64,000 nt of DNA from an uncultured Fibrobacteraceae bacterium (GCA_964399195.1 CAYNPY010000002.1:15129-79128); one strand, 5' to 3'. Positions 41,821-50,940 are shown, numbered from the stretch's first letter. A program made the numbers and translations. The notes: generated by a model not told the origin, from the sequence alone.

Positions 41821-43119
41821 GTGATGGCCAAGCTCCAGAATGCACTTGCCAAGAAGATCCCCGTCTGGCGCGACGAGATCAAGGAACTGAACAAGGTCCA
41901 CGGCAACGTCAAGATCGACACCGTGAACATCGGCCAGGCGTACGGCGGCATGCGCGGGATCAAGTGCATGGTGTGCGACACCTCGGAAGTGCCGCCCGAC
42001 AAGGGCCTGCTCATCCGCGGCATCCCGGTCGGCGAGCTGACCGACAAGACCGCCGAGGACACCTTCTACCTGCTGTGCACGGGCGAGCTGCCGTCGGCCG
42101 CCGACCGCAAGGCGCTGGTCGAGGAGTTCAACGCGCGCGCCAAGGTCCCGGCCTACGTGTGGAAGGTCCTGGAAGCGATGCCGAAGGACTCCCACCCGAT
42201 GACCATGCTGGACACGGCCATCCTGTGCATGCAGCGGGAGAGCGAGTTCGCCAAGGCCTACCACGGGCTGGCCAAGGCGGACTACTGGAAGCCGACGCTC
42301 GAGGACAGCCTGAACATGCTGGCCCGCATCCCCGTGATCGCCGCGGGCATCTACCGCCTGCGTTTCAAGAAGGGCCCCCGCATCGCCCCCAAGAAGGGCC
42401 TGACGATGGCCCAGAACTACGCGCGCATGCTGGGCATCCCCGACAAGAGCGGCGAGTTCGCCGACTGCATGCGGCTGTACCTGGTGCTGCACAGCGACCA
42501 CGAGGGCGGCAACGTCTCGGCGCACGCCTGCCACGTCGTCGGCTCGGCGCTGAGCGACCCCTACTATGCCGTGTCGGCCGGCCTGAACGGCCTGGCTGGT
42601 CCGCTGCACGGTCTGGCCAACCAGGAGTGCCTGGACTGGGTGCTCGAGGTCATGAAGAAGTTCAAGGGCGTGCCGACCGACGAACAGCTCTACAAGTTCT
42701 CGTGGGACACGCTCAACAGCGGCCACGTCATCCCCGGCTACGGCCACGCCGTGCTGCGCATCACCGACCCGCGCTTCACCGCGTTCCGCGACTTCGGCAT
42801 GAAGCACTTCCCCGACGATCCGGTGATGTGCCTGGTCGACAAGATCTTCAACATCGTGCCGAAGGTGCTGGTCGAGCAGGGCAAGGCCAAGGATCCGTGG
42901 CCGAACGTGGACGCCGCCAGCGGCGCGCTGCTGTACCACTACGGCCTGCGCGAGTTCTCGTACTACACGGTGCTGTTCTCGGTCTCGCGCGCGATGGGCA
43001 TGGCCGCGCAGCTCATCATCAACCGCGCGATGGGCACGCCCATCGAGCGGCCCAAGAGCGTGACCACCGAGTGGATGAAGAAGCAGGCGGCCGCCGCGGC
43101 CGCCGCGCCGACGGCCTGA
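41821..43119 (+). CDS. gltA: Citrate synthase, eukaryotic-like type
   Basis: 432 aa from GTG 41821, or ATG 41824, after AGGAGGG. Matching strings: GGMRGIKCMVCDTSEVPPDKGLLIRGIPV, LVLHSDHEGGNVSAH, GLAGPLHGLANQE, VIPGYGHAVLRITDPR, NVDAASG. Confidence 0.9.
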   Translation: MMAKLQNALAKKIPVWRDEIKELNKVHGNVKIDTVNIGQAYGGMRGIKCMVCDTSEVPPDKGLLIRGIPVGELTDKTAEDTFYLLCTGELPSAADRKALVEEFNARAKVPAYVWKVLEAMPKDSHPMTMLDTAILCMQRESEFAKAYHGLAKADYWKPTLEDSLNMLARIPVIAAGIYRLRFKKGPRIAPKKGLTMAQNYARMLGIPDKSGEFADCMRLYLVLHSDHEGGNVSAHACHVVGSALSDPYYAVSAGLNGLAGPLHGLANQECLDWVLEVMKKFKGVPTDEQLYKFSWDTLNSGHVIPGYGHAVLRITDPRFTAFRDFGMKHFPDDPVMCLVDKIFNIVPKVLVEQGKAKDPWPNVDAASGALLYHYGLREFSYYTVLFSVSRAMGMAAQLIINRAMGTPIERPKSVTTEWMKKQAAAAAAAPTA

Positions 43120-43139
43120 CCGCCGGCGTCCGCCAGACG

Positions 43140-43188
43140 GACCGCCCGGGAGTCCCCGGCCTGACGGCCGGGCGAACCCCGGGCGGTC
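43140..43188 (+). terminator. Two-tier GC hairpin after citrate synthase (candidate U-less terminator)
   Basis: The outer 11-bp stem is GACCGCCCGGG (43140-43150) with CCCGGGCGGTC (43178-43188). The inner 7-bp stem is CCCGGCC (43155-43161) with GGCCGGG (43166-43172) around the tetraloop TGAC. It begins 21 nt after the stop. Confidence 0.5.
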
Positions 43189-43248
43189 GCCTGTGTACCT
43201 GCGGGCGCCGCCGCGCGCGGGCGCCGTGAGCGAAGGGGGCGACGGGCG

Positions 43249-43452
43249 ATGAGGACATTCCTGAGGCGGCGCGGCCCCGCGATCCAGGTCGCGGTCGGCA
43301 TCCTGGTCACCGCGCTGGCGGCAGCGGACATGGTCGGCCAACCGGCGCGCGCCGTCGGACTGTTGACGGTCAGCGCCGGCATGTTCGGCGCGGGATTGGG
43401 ATTGGGCACGATCCTCGGGCGTCGCCGTGCGAGCGGCAGATCCAAGCCCTGA
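43249..43452 (+). CDS. Small hypothetical membrane protein (67 aa, two TM helices)
   Basis: ORF-track entry with AAGGGGG upstream. There are two hydrophobic segments (AIQVAVGILVTALAAA and LLTVSAGMFGAGLGLGTIL) flanked by Arg-rich ends. Third-position GC is high, as in neighbouring genes. No family recognised. Confidence 0.4.
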   Translation: MRTFLRRRGPAIQVAVGILVTALAAADMVGQPARAVGLLTVSAGMFGAGLGLGTILGRRRASGRSKP

Positions 43453-43505
43453 ACAACCGGTGTCCTGGCTGTTCCACGCGGAGTTCTGGACCGTATTCAA
43501 ACAAA

Positions 43506-43536
43506 CGCTTGACTTATGCAAGCGCTCGATTATATT
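43506..43536 (+). promoter_or_regulatory. Candidate promoter with overlapping inverted repeat (possible TetR operator)
   Basis: TTGACT (43509-43514), a 16-nt spacer, then TATATT (43531-43536). The inverted repeat CGCTTG (43506-43511) / CAAGCG (43519-43524) straddles the -35 element. Confidence 0.45.
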
Positions 43537-43563
43537 CAAGTCACCACCACAGGAGAGCCGATC

Positions 43564-44301
43564 GTGACCGAGCAGCCCCCCCGCTACCCCTCGACGCCGA
43601 CATCCGCCGCCGAGCGCCTTCGCGCACTGCTGCTGCAGGCGCCCGTCGGGATGGCGCCGCCGCCGCCGGATTCGCCGCCCGGCCGCATGTTGGCCGCCAC
43701 CCGCGCGCTGTTCGCCGAGGGCGGGTTCGCGGGCGTCACGGTGCGCGCCGTGGCGGCCCAGGCCGGCGCCAACGTGGCGATGGTCAACTACTACTTCGGG
43801 ACCAAGGAGCGGCTCGTGGACGCCGTCCTGCTGCAGGAGATCCAGCTTCTGCTGCACGACGTCGTGACAGGGATCGACAACGAGGCCCCGCCCGCTCAGG
43901 TGCTGGCCGAGTTTCCCCTGCGCATCCTCGCCTCGCTGCGCCAGGACTCCCAGCGGCTGCGGCTGATGCGCCTGGCTGTGTCGACCGAGCCGGAGCGCCT
44001 CCGCAGGCTCATCCGCTCGCTGGGCCCGGCCGGGATGCTCGGCGTCAGCCGCGTGCTGGCCGAACTGGTCGCCGAGGCGCAGGCGGACGGGGAGCTGCCG
44101 TCGATACCGGCTCGCTCGGTGCTCCTGTTCCTGGTGGCCAACGCCTATGGCCTGGTGTTCATGGAGCCGATCGCGCGCGAGGTCGTCGGGTTCGCGCTGG
44201 ACGACGAGGCGCAATGGCAGGAGCACCGCGGTTGCCTGGCGCAATTGCTGCGCTCGGGATTGCTCGGTGCTGCCGGCTCCGGGGAGGACACATATGCGTG
44301 A
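43564..44301 (+). CDS. TetR/AcrR family transcriptional regulator
   Basis: The HTH is VTVRAVAAQAGANVAMVNYYFGTKERL. I chose the GTG at 43564, 6 nt after AGGAGAG, because the track's ATG 43516 lies inside the predicted promoter. ATG 43651 is another possible start. The stop overlaps the next gene by 8 nt. Confidence 0.8.
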   Translation: MTEQPPRYPSTPTSAAERLRALLLQAPVGMAPPPPDSPPGRMLAATRALFAEGGFAGVTVRAVAAQAGANVAMVNYYFGTKERLVDAVLLQEIQLLLHDVVTGIDNEAPPAQVLAEFPLRILASLRQDSQRLRLMRLAVSTEPERLRRLIRSLGPAGMLGVSRVLAELVAEAQADGELPSIPARSVLLFLVANAYGLVFMEPIAREVVGFALDDEAQWQEHRGCLAQLLRSGLLGAAGSGEDTYA

Positions 44302-45655
44302 AGCGATGCGGCAAGGCGAGCGGCGATCCCCGCCCGGTCTGTTCCTGGCGGCGGCACTGGCGATCCTGGGGCCGGCGTTGGCGGCGGCAGGCGCGAATGC
44401 GGGCGCGCCGACGACCGGGGACACGCTGCGCCTCGATCTTGCGGCCTGTCTGGCGCAAGCGCGGGTGGCGTCGCCCTGGCTCGCCGCGGCCGCCGCGGGC
44501 AGCGACGAAGCGGCGGCCCTCGCGGCCGAGGCCGCCGCCCGGCGCCGGCCGGTGCTGGGGCTGGCCGGCGCCTACCAATACGCGACGGAGCACATGAAGC
44601 GCGAACTGCAGCTCGGTCCCGGGCTGCCGTCCGGAACGCTCGAGTTCGGCGACGGCCATGCGGCCGATCTGAACCTCGGGCTGGCCGTCCCCCTGTACAC
44701 GGGGGGCGAGCTGGCGCGGGCGGCCGCCGCTGCCGGCGCCGGCGAGGCCGCCGCGCGCGCACGCGAGCAGGCCGCGCGCCTGGACCTGGACCGCGGCGTC
44801 CGGCAGGCCCACAGCGGCGCGCTGGGGCGCAGGGCGCAGGTCGAGGCATCGCGCCTGGCCGTCGCCCGCCTGGCGCGCCACCTCGGGTCCGTGGCCGGCG
44901 CCCGCGACGCCGGTGCGGCAACCGACGAGGCTTGCGTCCGCGCCGAGGCGCGCCTGCTGGCGGCGCGCCAGCGGCTGGCCGTCGCCGAGGCCGCGCTCGA
45001 CTCCGCGCAGCTGGCGCTGGGGAAACTGGTCGGGCGGGCGGGCTCGGCGGTGCTGCCGCTGGGCGACGTGGGCCGGTCGCTGCTGCCGGACGCCCCCGGC
45101 GCGCTGGCCGCCGCGGCGGACCGGGCGGACCTGACCGCCCTGGAGCACGAGGCCGGACGCCAGCGCGAGCTGGCCGCGGCCGCGCGCGGTCGGCTGCGGC
45201 CGCGGGTGCTCGCGGACGTGCGCGCCCATTACGGCCGGCCCGGCGTGGATGCCCTGGCCAACGAGTGGATGGCATACGGAACCGCCGGCGTGAGCGTCGA
45301 CTGGCCGCTGTGGGACTCGGGGGCGCGGGGGCAACGCGCCCGGCAGGCGGAGGCGCGCGCCGCGCTGATCGAGGCGCAGCGCCGTGACCTGGCCGAGGCC
45401 GTCGCCACCGCGGCCGCCACGGCCCGCGCCAACCTTGCGGCAGCGGTGACGGCCGAGTCGCAGGCGACCGCGCGCGTCGCGCTGCAGGAGCGCCTTCTGG
45501 CGATGGTCGAGGGCCGGCAGGCGCAGGCCGCGGCCACCGGGACCGAGTACCTCGACGCCCAGGACGACCTGGCGCAGGCGGAGATCGAACTGGCGCTGGC
45601 GCGCACGCGCGTGCGGCTGGCGGAAGCGGCCCTGCTGTGGGCCCTGGGGCTGTAG
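44294..45655 (+). CDS. TolC-like outer-membrane efflux factor
   Basis: Uses ATG 44294 in ORF 44147-45655 with GGGGAGGA upstream, giving 453 aa, with a signal peptide (LFLAAALAILGPALAAAGA). The product is two-fold repeated and Ala/Leu/Arg-rich. OMF-like segments are LDLAACLAQA, PLYTGGEL and WPLWDSGAR. Confidence 0.75.
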   Translation: MREAMRQGERRSPPGLFLAAALAILGPALAAAGANAGAPTTGDTLRLDLAACLAQARVASPWLAAAAAGSDEAAALAAEAAARRRPVLGLAGAYQYATEHMKRELQLGPGLPSGTLEFGDGHAADLNLGLAVPLYTGGELARAAAAAGAGEAAARAREQAARLDLDRGVRQAHSGALGRRAQVEASRLAVARLARHLGSVAGARDAGAATDEACVRAEARLLAARQRLAVAEAALDSAQLALGKLVGRAGSAVLPLGDVGRSLLPDAPGALAAAADRADLTALEHEAGRQRELAAAARGRLRPRVLADVRAHYGRPGVDALANEWMAYGTAGVSVDWPLWDSGARGQRARQAEARAALIEAQRRDLAEAVATAAATARANLAAAVTAESQATARVALQERLLAMVEGRQAQAAATGTEYLDAQDDLAQAEIELALARTRVRLAEAALLWALGL

Positions 45656-45702
45656 CGGGGGACCGCGGCGAAGGCCGGCCCGCGCAAGCGGAAGGAAGGA
45701 CG

Positions 45703-46605
45703 ATGAAGCGAGTCCATGCACACCGCCGGACCCTGGCCCTGGCGGCGGTCGCCGCCGGCGCCGCGGCGCTGGGCGGCTGCCGCGGCGGCGCTCCCGCCCC
45801 GCCGGCCGGCACCTTCGAGGCCACGATCGTCGAGGTGGCGCCGGTGCTCGGCGGACGCGCGCTGGCGGTCGGCGCGCGAGAAGGCGAGCGCGTCGCCGCC
45901 GGCGACACGCTGATCGTCCTGGACACCTCGCTGGTCGCGCTGCAGCGGGCGCAGGCGGCGGCCGGCGGCGCCGCGCTGCTGGCCCAGCGCGCGGTCGCCG
46001 ACGCCGACCTCGCCCAGGCGCGGCGGCAGCTCGCCCTGCTCGAGACCACCTACGCCCGCACCAGCACGTTGCGCGACCAGGGCACGGCGACCGCTCAGCA
46101 GGTCGACGAGCTGGCCGCCCAGCGGGACGTGGCGCGCGCGGCGATCGACGCCGCCCGCGGTCGCCGTGCGGCGCTGGACGCCGAGCTGGCCCACCTGGAC
46201 GCGAGCCTGGCGGTGTTCGACCGCCAGCTGCAGGACAGCGTCGTGCTGGCGCCGATCGGCGGCACGGTGCTGACGCGGTCGCTGGAGCCGGGCGAGGTCG
46301 CGGCTCCCGGCCGCCCGGCGCTGCGCCTGGCCGACCTGTCGACGCTCGAGCTGCGGGTGTTCCTGGAGGCCGGCGAGCTCGATCGCGTGCGCGCGGGCCA
46401 GCAGCTGCCCGTGCGCGTCGACGCGCTGCCGGACGTTCCGCTGACGGGCACCGTCGCCTGGGTCGCCGACGAGGCCGAGTTCACGCCCAAGAACGCGCAG
46501 ACCCGTCACGCGCGCGCCCAGCTGGTCTACGCGGTGAAGCTGAGGGTGCCCAATCCCGACGGCGCGCTCCACATCGGCATGCCGGCCGAGATCGACCTCC
46601 CGTGA
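45703..46605 (+). CDS. HlyD-family periplasmic adaptor (YbhG-like), lipoprotein
   Basis: Uses ATG 45703 in ORF 45637-46605 after GGAAGGAAGGA, giving 300 aa, with a lipobox (ALGGC). Matching strings are REGERVAAGDTLIVLD, a coiled coil, LAPIGGTVLTR, and EAEFTPKNAQTRHARAQLVYAVKL. Confidence 0.85.
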   Translation: MKRVHAHRRTLALAAVAAGAAALGGCRGGAPAPPAGTFEATIVEVAPVLGGRALAVGAREGERVAAGDTLIVLDTSLVALQRAQAAAGGAALLAQRAVADADLAQARRQLALLETTYARTSTLRDQGTATAQQVDELAAQRDVARAAIDAARGRRAALDAELAHLDASLAVFDRQLQDSVVLAPIGGTVLTRSLEPGEVAAPGRPALRLADLSTLELRVFLEAGELDRVRAGQQLPVRVDALPDVPLTGTVAWVADEAEFTPKNAQTRHARAQLVYAVKLRVPNPDGALHIGMPAEIDLP

Positions 46606-47561
46606 ACGCGGGCGGCGGCAACGGCGACCGGCCCGAGGGCGCCATCGTCCTGGAGGACCTGCACAAGGCCTTCGGCGCCAGGCCGGCGGTGCGGGGACTG
46701 TCGCTGACGGTCCCGCGCGGCGGCATCTGCGGGCTGATCGGCCCGGACGGCGCCGGCAAGACCACCGCCATGCGCGTGCTCTGCGGCCTGCTGGCGCCCG
46801 ACCGCGGCCGCGCGCGGGTGCTGGGCCGCGACTGCGCAACGGACGCTCGCGAGGTCAAGCGGCATCTCGGCTACATGCCGCAGCGCTTCGGCCTCTATCC
46901 CGACCTGACCGTCGGCGAGAACCTCCGCTTCTTCGCCGATCTGTACGCGGTGCCGCCGGCCGAGCGCGCCGCGAAGGAGCGTGAGCTGATGGCGTTCAGC
47001 CGCCTCGAGCCGTTCCGCGGCCGGCGGGCGGGCCGGCTGTCGGGCGGCATGAAGCAGAAGCTCGCGCTCAGCTGCACACTGATCCACACGCCGTCCGTCC
47101 TGATCCTCGACGAGCCGACCACCGGCGTCGACCCGGTCAGCCGGCGCGAGTTCTGGCGGATCCTGCGCCGGCTCGCCGGGGACGGTCTCGCGCTCCTGGT
47201 CAGCACGCCCTACATGGACGAGGCCGCTCTCTGCGACGAGATCGTGCTGATGCACGGCGGCGCGGCGATCAGCCGCGGGACGCCGGCCGCCGTCGCCGCT
47301 TCCTTTCCGCGTCGGCTGCTGGCGCTGACGGCGCCCGACCTGGCCGCCGCGGGCGAGCGGCTGCGCCGGGCCGGCATCGCCGGGCTTGAGGTCAGGCGCT
47401 TCGGCGACCGGCTCCATCTGGTCCACGATGACCGGGCGCAGGCCGCCGCCGCGGCCGCCGCGCTCGAGGGAACGGGCGCCGCCCTGGTTCCCGCCGCCGC
47501 CGGCATCGAGGACGTCTTCGTCGAGATGATGGCCCGCGCCGGAGCGGAGGGCGGCGCGTGA
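46602..47561 (+). CDS. ABC transporter ATP-binding protein (first of two)
   Basis: 319 aa from a GTG start overlapping the upstream stop (GTGA). Walker A is GPDGAGKTT, the signature is LSGGMKQKL, and Walker B is LILDEPTTGVD. Confidence 0.9.
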   Translation: MNAGGGNGDRPEGAIVLEDLHKAFGARPAVRGLSLTVPRGGICGLIGPDGAGKTTAMRVLCGLLAPDRGRARVLGRDCATDAREVKRHLGYMPQRFGLYPDLTVGENLRFFADLYAVPPAERAAKERELMAFSRLEPFRGRRAGRLSGGMKQKLALSCTLIHTPSVLILDEPTTGVDPVSRREFWRILRRLAGDGLALLVSTPYMDEAALCDEIVLMHGGAAISRGTPAAVAASFPRRLLALTAPDLAAAGERLRRAGIAGLEVRRFGDRLHLVHDDRAQAAAAAAALEGTGAALVPAAAGIEDVFVEMMARAGAEGGA

Positions 47562-48292
47562 GCGGCGCGGCGCAGCCGGCCGTCCTGGCCCGCGGCCTGA
47601 CGCGCCGCTTCGGCGACTTCACGGCCGTCGACGCGCTCGACCTCGAGGTCATGCCCGGCGAGATCTTCGGGTTCCTGGGCGCCAACGGCGCCGGCAAGAC
47701 GACCGCGATCCGCATGCTCTGCGGACTGCTGCCGCCGTCCGGAGGCGAGGCGACGGTGGCCGGCGTGCCGGTGGGGCGCCACGCGCGCGAGCTGAAGCGG
47801 CGGATCGGCTACATGAGCCAGCGCTTCTCCCTCTACGACGACCTGACCGTCGCCGAGAACGTCGAGTTCTTCGGCGGCATCTACGGCCTGCACGGCGAGG
47901 ACCTGCGCGCGCGCCGCGAGGAACTGCTGCCGCGGCTTGATCTCGGCGGCCTTGAACCCCGCCTGACCGGCTCGCTGCCTCTGGGCTACAAGCAGCGCCT
48001 GGCGCTCGGCTGCGCGCTCCTGCACCGGCCGCGGGTCCTGTTCCTGGACGAGCCGACCGGCGGCGTCGACCCCGTCGCCCGGCGGCGGTTCTGGGACCTC
48101 ATCTACGGGCAGGCCGCCGAAGGCGTCACGGTTTTCGTCACGACGCACTACATGGACGAGGCCGAGTACTGCGGCCGCGTCTCGATCATGGTCCAGGGGC
48201 GCCTGGCGGCGCTCGACACGCCCGGCGGGCTGAAGGCGGCCACGGGCGGGCGCGACATGCAGGACGTCTTCCTCAGGCTGGTGGACGCATGA
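47558..48292 (+). CDS. ABC transporter ATP-binding protein (second of two)
   Basis: 244 aa from a GTG start (GTGA overlap). Walker A is GANGAGKTT, the degenerate signature is LPLGYKQRL, and Walker B is LFLDEPTGGVD. Confidence 0.9.
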   Translation: MSGAAQPAVLARGLTRRFGDFTAVDALDLEVMPGEIFGFLGANGAGKTTAIRMLCGLLPPSGGEATVAGVPVGRHARELKRRIGYMSQRFSLYDDLTVAENVEFFGGIYGLHGEDLRARREELLPRLDLGGLEPRLTGSLPLGYKQRLALGCALLHRPRVLFLDEPTGGVDPVARRRFWDLIYGQAAEGVTVFVTTHYMDEAEYCGRVSIMVQGRLAALDTPGGLKAATGGRDMQDVFLRLVDA

Positions 48293-49392
48293 AGCGCGTG
48301 CTGGCCCTGGCGGCGAAGGAGCTGCTGCACATCGTGCGCGACGGGCGCAGCCTGGCCGTGGCGGTGGCGATGCCCGTGGCGATGGTGCTGCTCTACGGAG
48401 CGGTCATCGACATGGAGATGCGCGACCTCCCGGTGGCCGTCGTCGACCACGACCGCAGCGACCGCAGCCGCGCCTTCGCCCGCGAGCTGGAGTCGGGTGG
48501 ATTCATCGACGCCGTGGCGTTCCTGGAGCAGCCGGCGCAGGTCGAACCCGGATTCCGCCGGGGCCGCTGGCTGGCGGCGCTGGTCATTCCGCGCGGCTAC
48601 GCCGAGTCCGTCGCGCGCGGCGAGCCGGCCCTCGTCCAGGTGCTCGTCGACGGCTCGGACGCCGCGACGGCCGCGCTGGCGGCGAACTACCTGCAGGCCG
48701 TCGTGCAGCGACAAGCCGCGTCCCTGGGCCGCGAAGCCGCCGCCCCCCCGCCCGCCTTCACGATCCGCCAACGCGCCTGGTTCAACCCGGAGCTGCGCAG
48801 CGCCCACTTCGTCGTGCCCGGCCTGGTCGCCCTGGTGCTGATGATGATCTGCGCCATCCTGACCAGCATCGCCATCACGCGCGAGAAGGAAACCGGCACC
48901 CTCGAGCAGATCCTGACCACGCCCATTCGCCCGGCGCAGGTGATCGCGGGCAAGGTGCTGCCCTACATCGCGCTGGGCGCCGTGGATGCCGCGCTCATCC
49001 TCGCCATCGGGCGCCTCGTCTTCGACGTGCCGATGAACGGGTCCTGGCTGGCGGTCGCCGCCTACTGCCTGCTGTTCGTGGTGATCGCGCTGGGAGTGGG
49101 CCTGCTCATCTCCGCGAAGGCGCGCACCCTGCGCGTGGCGATGATGGCCGCGGTCACGGCCACGATGCTGCCGACGATGATCCTGTCGGGCTTCCTCTAC
49201 CCCGTCTCCAGCATGCCGGCGCCCCTCCAGGTCCTGTGCAACCTGCTTCCGGCGACGCATTTCCTGGAGGTGCTGCGCGGAATCATGCTGCGCGGCGAGA
49301 ACTGGCACCCGCAGCAGACCGCGATCCTGGCCGCCCAGGCCGCGCTGCTGCTGACCGCCGCGACGCGCAGCTTCCGGCTGCGGCTGGAGTGA
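48289..49392 (+). CDS. ABC-2 type transporter permease (YbhS-like position)
   Basis: 367 aa from an ATG overlapping the upstream stop (ATGA). The N-terminus is KELLHIVRDGRSLAV, followed by a large periplasmic loop and then 5 TM helices. ITREKETGTLEQILTTPIR is also present. Confidence 0.85.
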   Translation: MKRVLALAAKELLHIVRDGRSLAVAVAMPVAMVLLYGAVIDMEMRDLPVAVVDHDRSDRSRAFARELESGGFIDAVAFLEQPAQVEPGFRRGRWLAALVIPRGYAESVARGEPALVQVLVDGSDAATAALAANYLQAVVQRQAASLGREAAAPPPAFTIRQRAWFNPELRSAHFVVPGLVALVLMMICAILTSIAITREKETGTLEQILTTPIRPAQVIAGKVLPYIALGAVDAALILAIGRLVFDVPMNGSWLAVAAYCLLFVVIALGVGLLISAKARTLRVAMMAAVTATMLPTMILSGFLYPVSSMPAPLQVLCNLLPATHFLEVLRGIMLRGENWHPQQTAILAAQAALLLTAATRSFRLRLE

Positions 49393-49396
49393 TCCG

Positions 49397-50509
49397 ATGC
49401 GGTTGCTGCGGACGCTCGTGCGCAAGGAAATTCGCCAGCTGCGGCGGGATCCGGCGTTGCTGCGACTGGTGCTGCTCCTGCCGGTCATGCAGCTCATGGT
49501 CATGTCCTACGCCCTGAACAGCGACCTGAAGGACCTGCGCGTGGCGGTGCTGGACGAGGACCGCACTCCGCTGAGCCGCCGCCTGATCGAAGCGTTCCCG
49601 CACGGCACGACCTTCGCCGCGGGCCCCCGCGCGGCCGACGCCGCGGGGCTCGCCGAGTTGCTGGGCCGCCACGCGTGCGACCTGGCCGTGCACATCCCGC
49701 CCGGCTTCGCGCGCGACGTGGCCGCCGGCCGGGCGCCGGCGATCGGCCTGCTTGTCGACGGCTCCAACAGCAGCGTCGCCGGCCGCGGCGCGGGCTATGC
49801 CGAGGCGCTGCTGGCCCGCGAGGCGCGGCGGCTGGCCGCCGAGAGCGGCGCCGCCGCGGGCCGGCCGCCTGTCGGCGCCGCCGTGCGCTTCTTCTACAAC
49901 CCGGAACTCGAGAGCCGCCTCTACATGGTGCCCGGGATCATCGTCATTCTGGTGACGATCATCTCGGCCCTGGTGACCGGCCTGGCCGTCGTCCGCGAGA
50001 AGGAGCTGGGCACTCTCGAGCAGATCTCCGTCACGCCCCTGACGCCGCTGCAACTGATCGCCGGCAAGACGATTCCGTTCGCGGTGATCGCGCTGCTGGA
50101 CTTCGTGCTGGCGATGGCCATCGCCATGGCCTGGTTCGGGGTGCCCTTGACGGGCGCGCCCTGGGCCCTGGTCCTGGGCGTGCTCTGCTACCTGCTGGTG
50201 ACCCTGGGTCTGGGCCTGCTGGCCTCGGCGGTGAGCGACACGCAGCAGCAGGCCGTGTTCACCGTCTGGTTCTTCCTCGTCTTCGCGATCATGCTGTCGG
50301 GCTTCTTCTTCCCCGTGCAGAACATGCCGGAGTGGGCGCGGGTCTTGACGTGGCTCGATCCCATGCGATTCTTCATGGCCGTCGTGCGCGGCGTGCTGCT
50401 GCGCGGCGCCGGCGTGGCCGATCTGGCTGGAGAACTGGCGGTGCTGCTGGCGATGGGCATCGCGGCCTTCGGCTCGGCGGTGTGGCTATTCCGACGTTCG
50501 GCGACATGA
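49397..50509 (+). CDS. ABC-2 type transporter permease (YbhR-like position)
   Basis: 370 aa and a paralogue of the preceding gene. Matching strings are KEIRQLRRDPALLRL and VVREKELGTLEQISVTPLT. Confidence 0.85.
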   Translation: MRLLRTLVRKEIRQLRRDPALLRLVLLLPVMQLMVMSYALNSDLKDLRVAVLDEDRTPLSRRLIEAFPHGTTFAAGPRAADAAGLAELLGRHACDLAVHIPPGFARDVAAGRAPAIGLLVDGSNSSVAGRGAGYAEALLAREARRLAAESGAAAGRPPVGAAVRFFYNPELESRLYMVPGIIVILVTIISALVTGLAVVREKELGTLEQISVTPLTPLQLIAGKTIPFAVIALLDFVLAMAIAMAWFGVPLTGAPWALVLGVLCYLLVTLGLGLLASAVSDTQQQAVFTVWFFLVFAIMLSGFFFPVQNMPEWARVLTWLDPMRFFMAVVRGVLLRGAGVADLAGELAVLLAMGIAAFGSAVWLFRRSAT

Positions 50510-50541
50510 GACGCGGGCGTCGAACCCGGGACGGTGACGCG

Positions 50542-50928
50542 ATGAACGGATCCTGGCTGATGGCGGCGGCCGGCAACGGCTTCCTGGCCGTGGCGCTGGG
50601 CGCCTTCGGGGCGCACGGCCTCAAGCGGATGCTCGCCGCGGCGCCCGACGCCGCGCAGCGCCTGGACTGGTGGCAGACGGCCGCCCACTACCACCTGGCG
50701 CACGCGCTGGCGCTGGGCCTGGTGGCCGCGCTGGCCCCGCAGGTGGCCGGGCGGCTGCCGGCCGCCGCAGGCTGGCTGCTGCTCGGCGGCATCCTGCTGT
50801 TCAGCGGCAGTCTCTACGCGATGACGCTGACCGGCGTGCGCGCGCTGGGCGCCGTGACGCCGGTCGGCGGCGTCTGCCTGCTCGCCGGCTGGCTCTGCCT
50901 GCTGGCCGCCGGGTGGCGGCTGCGCTGA
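50542..50928 (+). CDS. DUF423 (YgdD/TMEM256-like) membrane protein
   Basis: Uses ATG 50542 in ORF 49675-50928, giving 128 aa. Matching strings are GFLAVALGAFGAHGLK, AAHYHLAHALAL, ILLFSGSLY and PVGGVCLLAGW. Confidence 0.8.
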   Translation: MNGSWLMAAAGNGFLAVALGAFGAHGLKRMLAAAPDAAQRLDWWQTAAHYHLAHALALGLVAALAPQVAGRLPAAAGWLLLGGILLFSGSLYAMTLTGVRALGAVTPVGGVCLLAGWLCLLAAGWRLR

Positions 50929-50940
50929 CGCGGCTGCGCG

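Noticed and set aside
41320-44424. 1034-aa minus-strand ORF antisense to citrate synthase and the TetR gene; similar long ORFs at 21123-23153, 22178-24544, 44145-46049 and 53473-55947
   Set aside because: All are antisense or out of frame to genes with strong family signatures and have GC-artefact composition. None has a credible RBS and start context.
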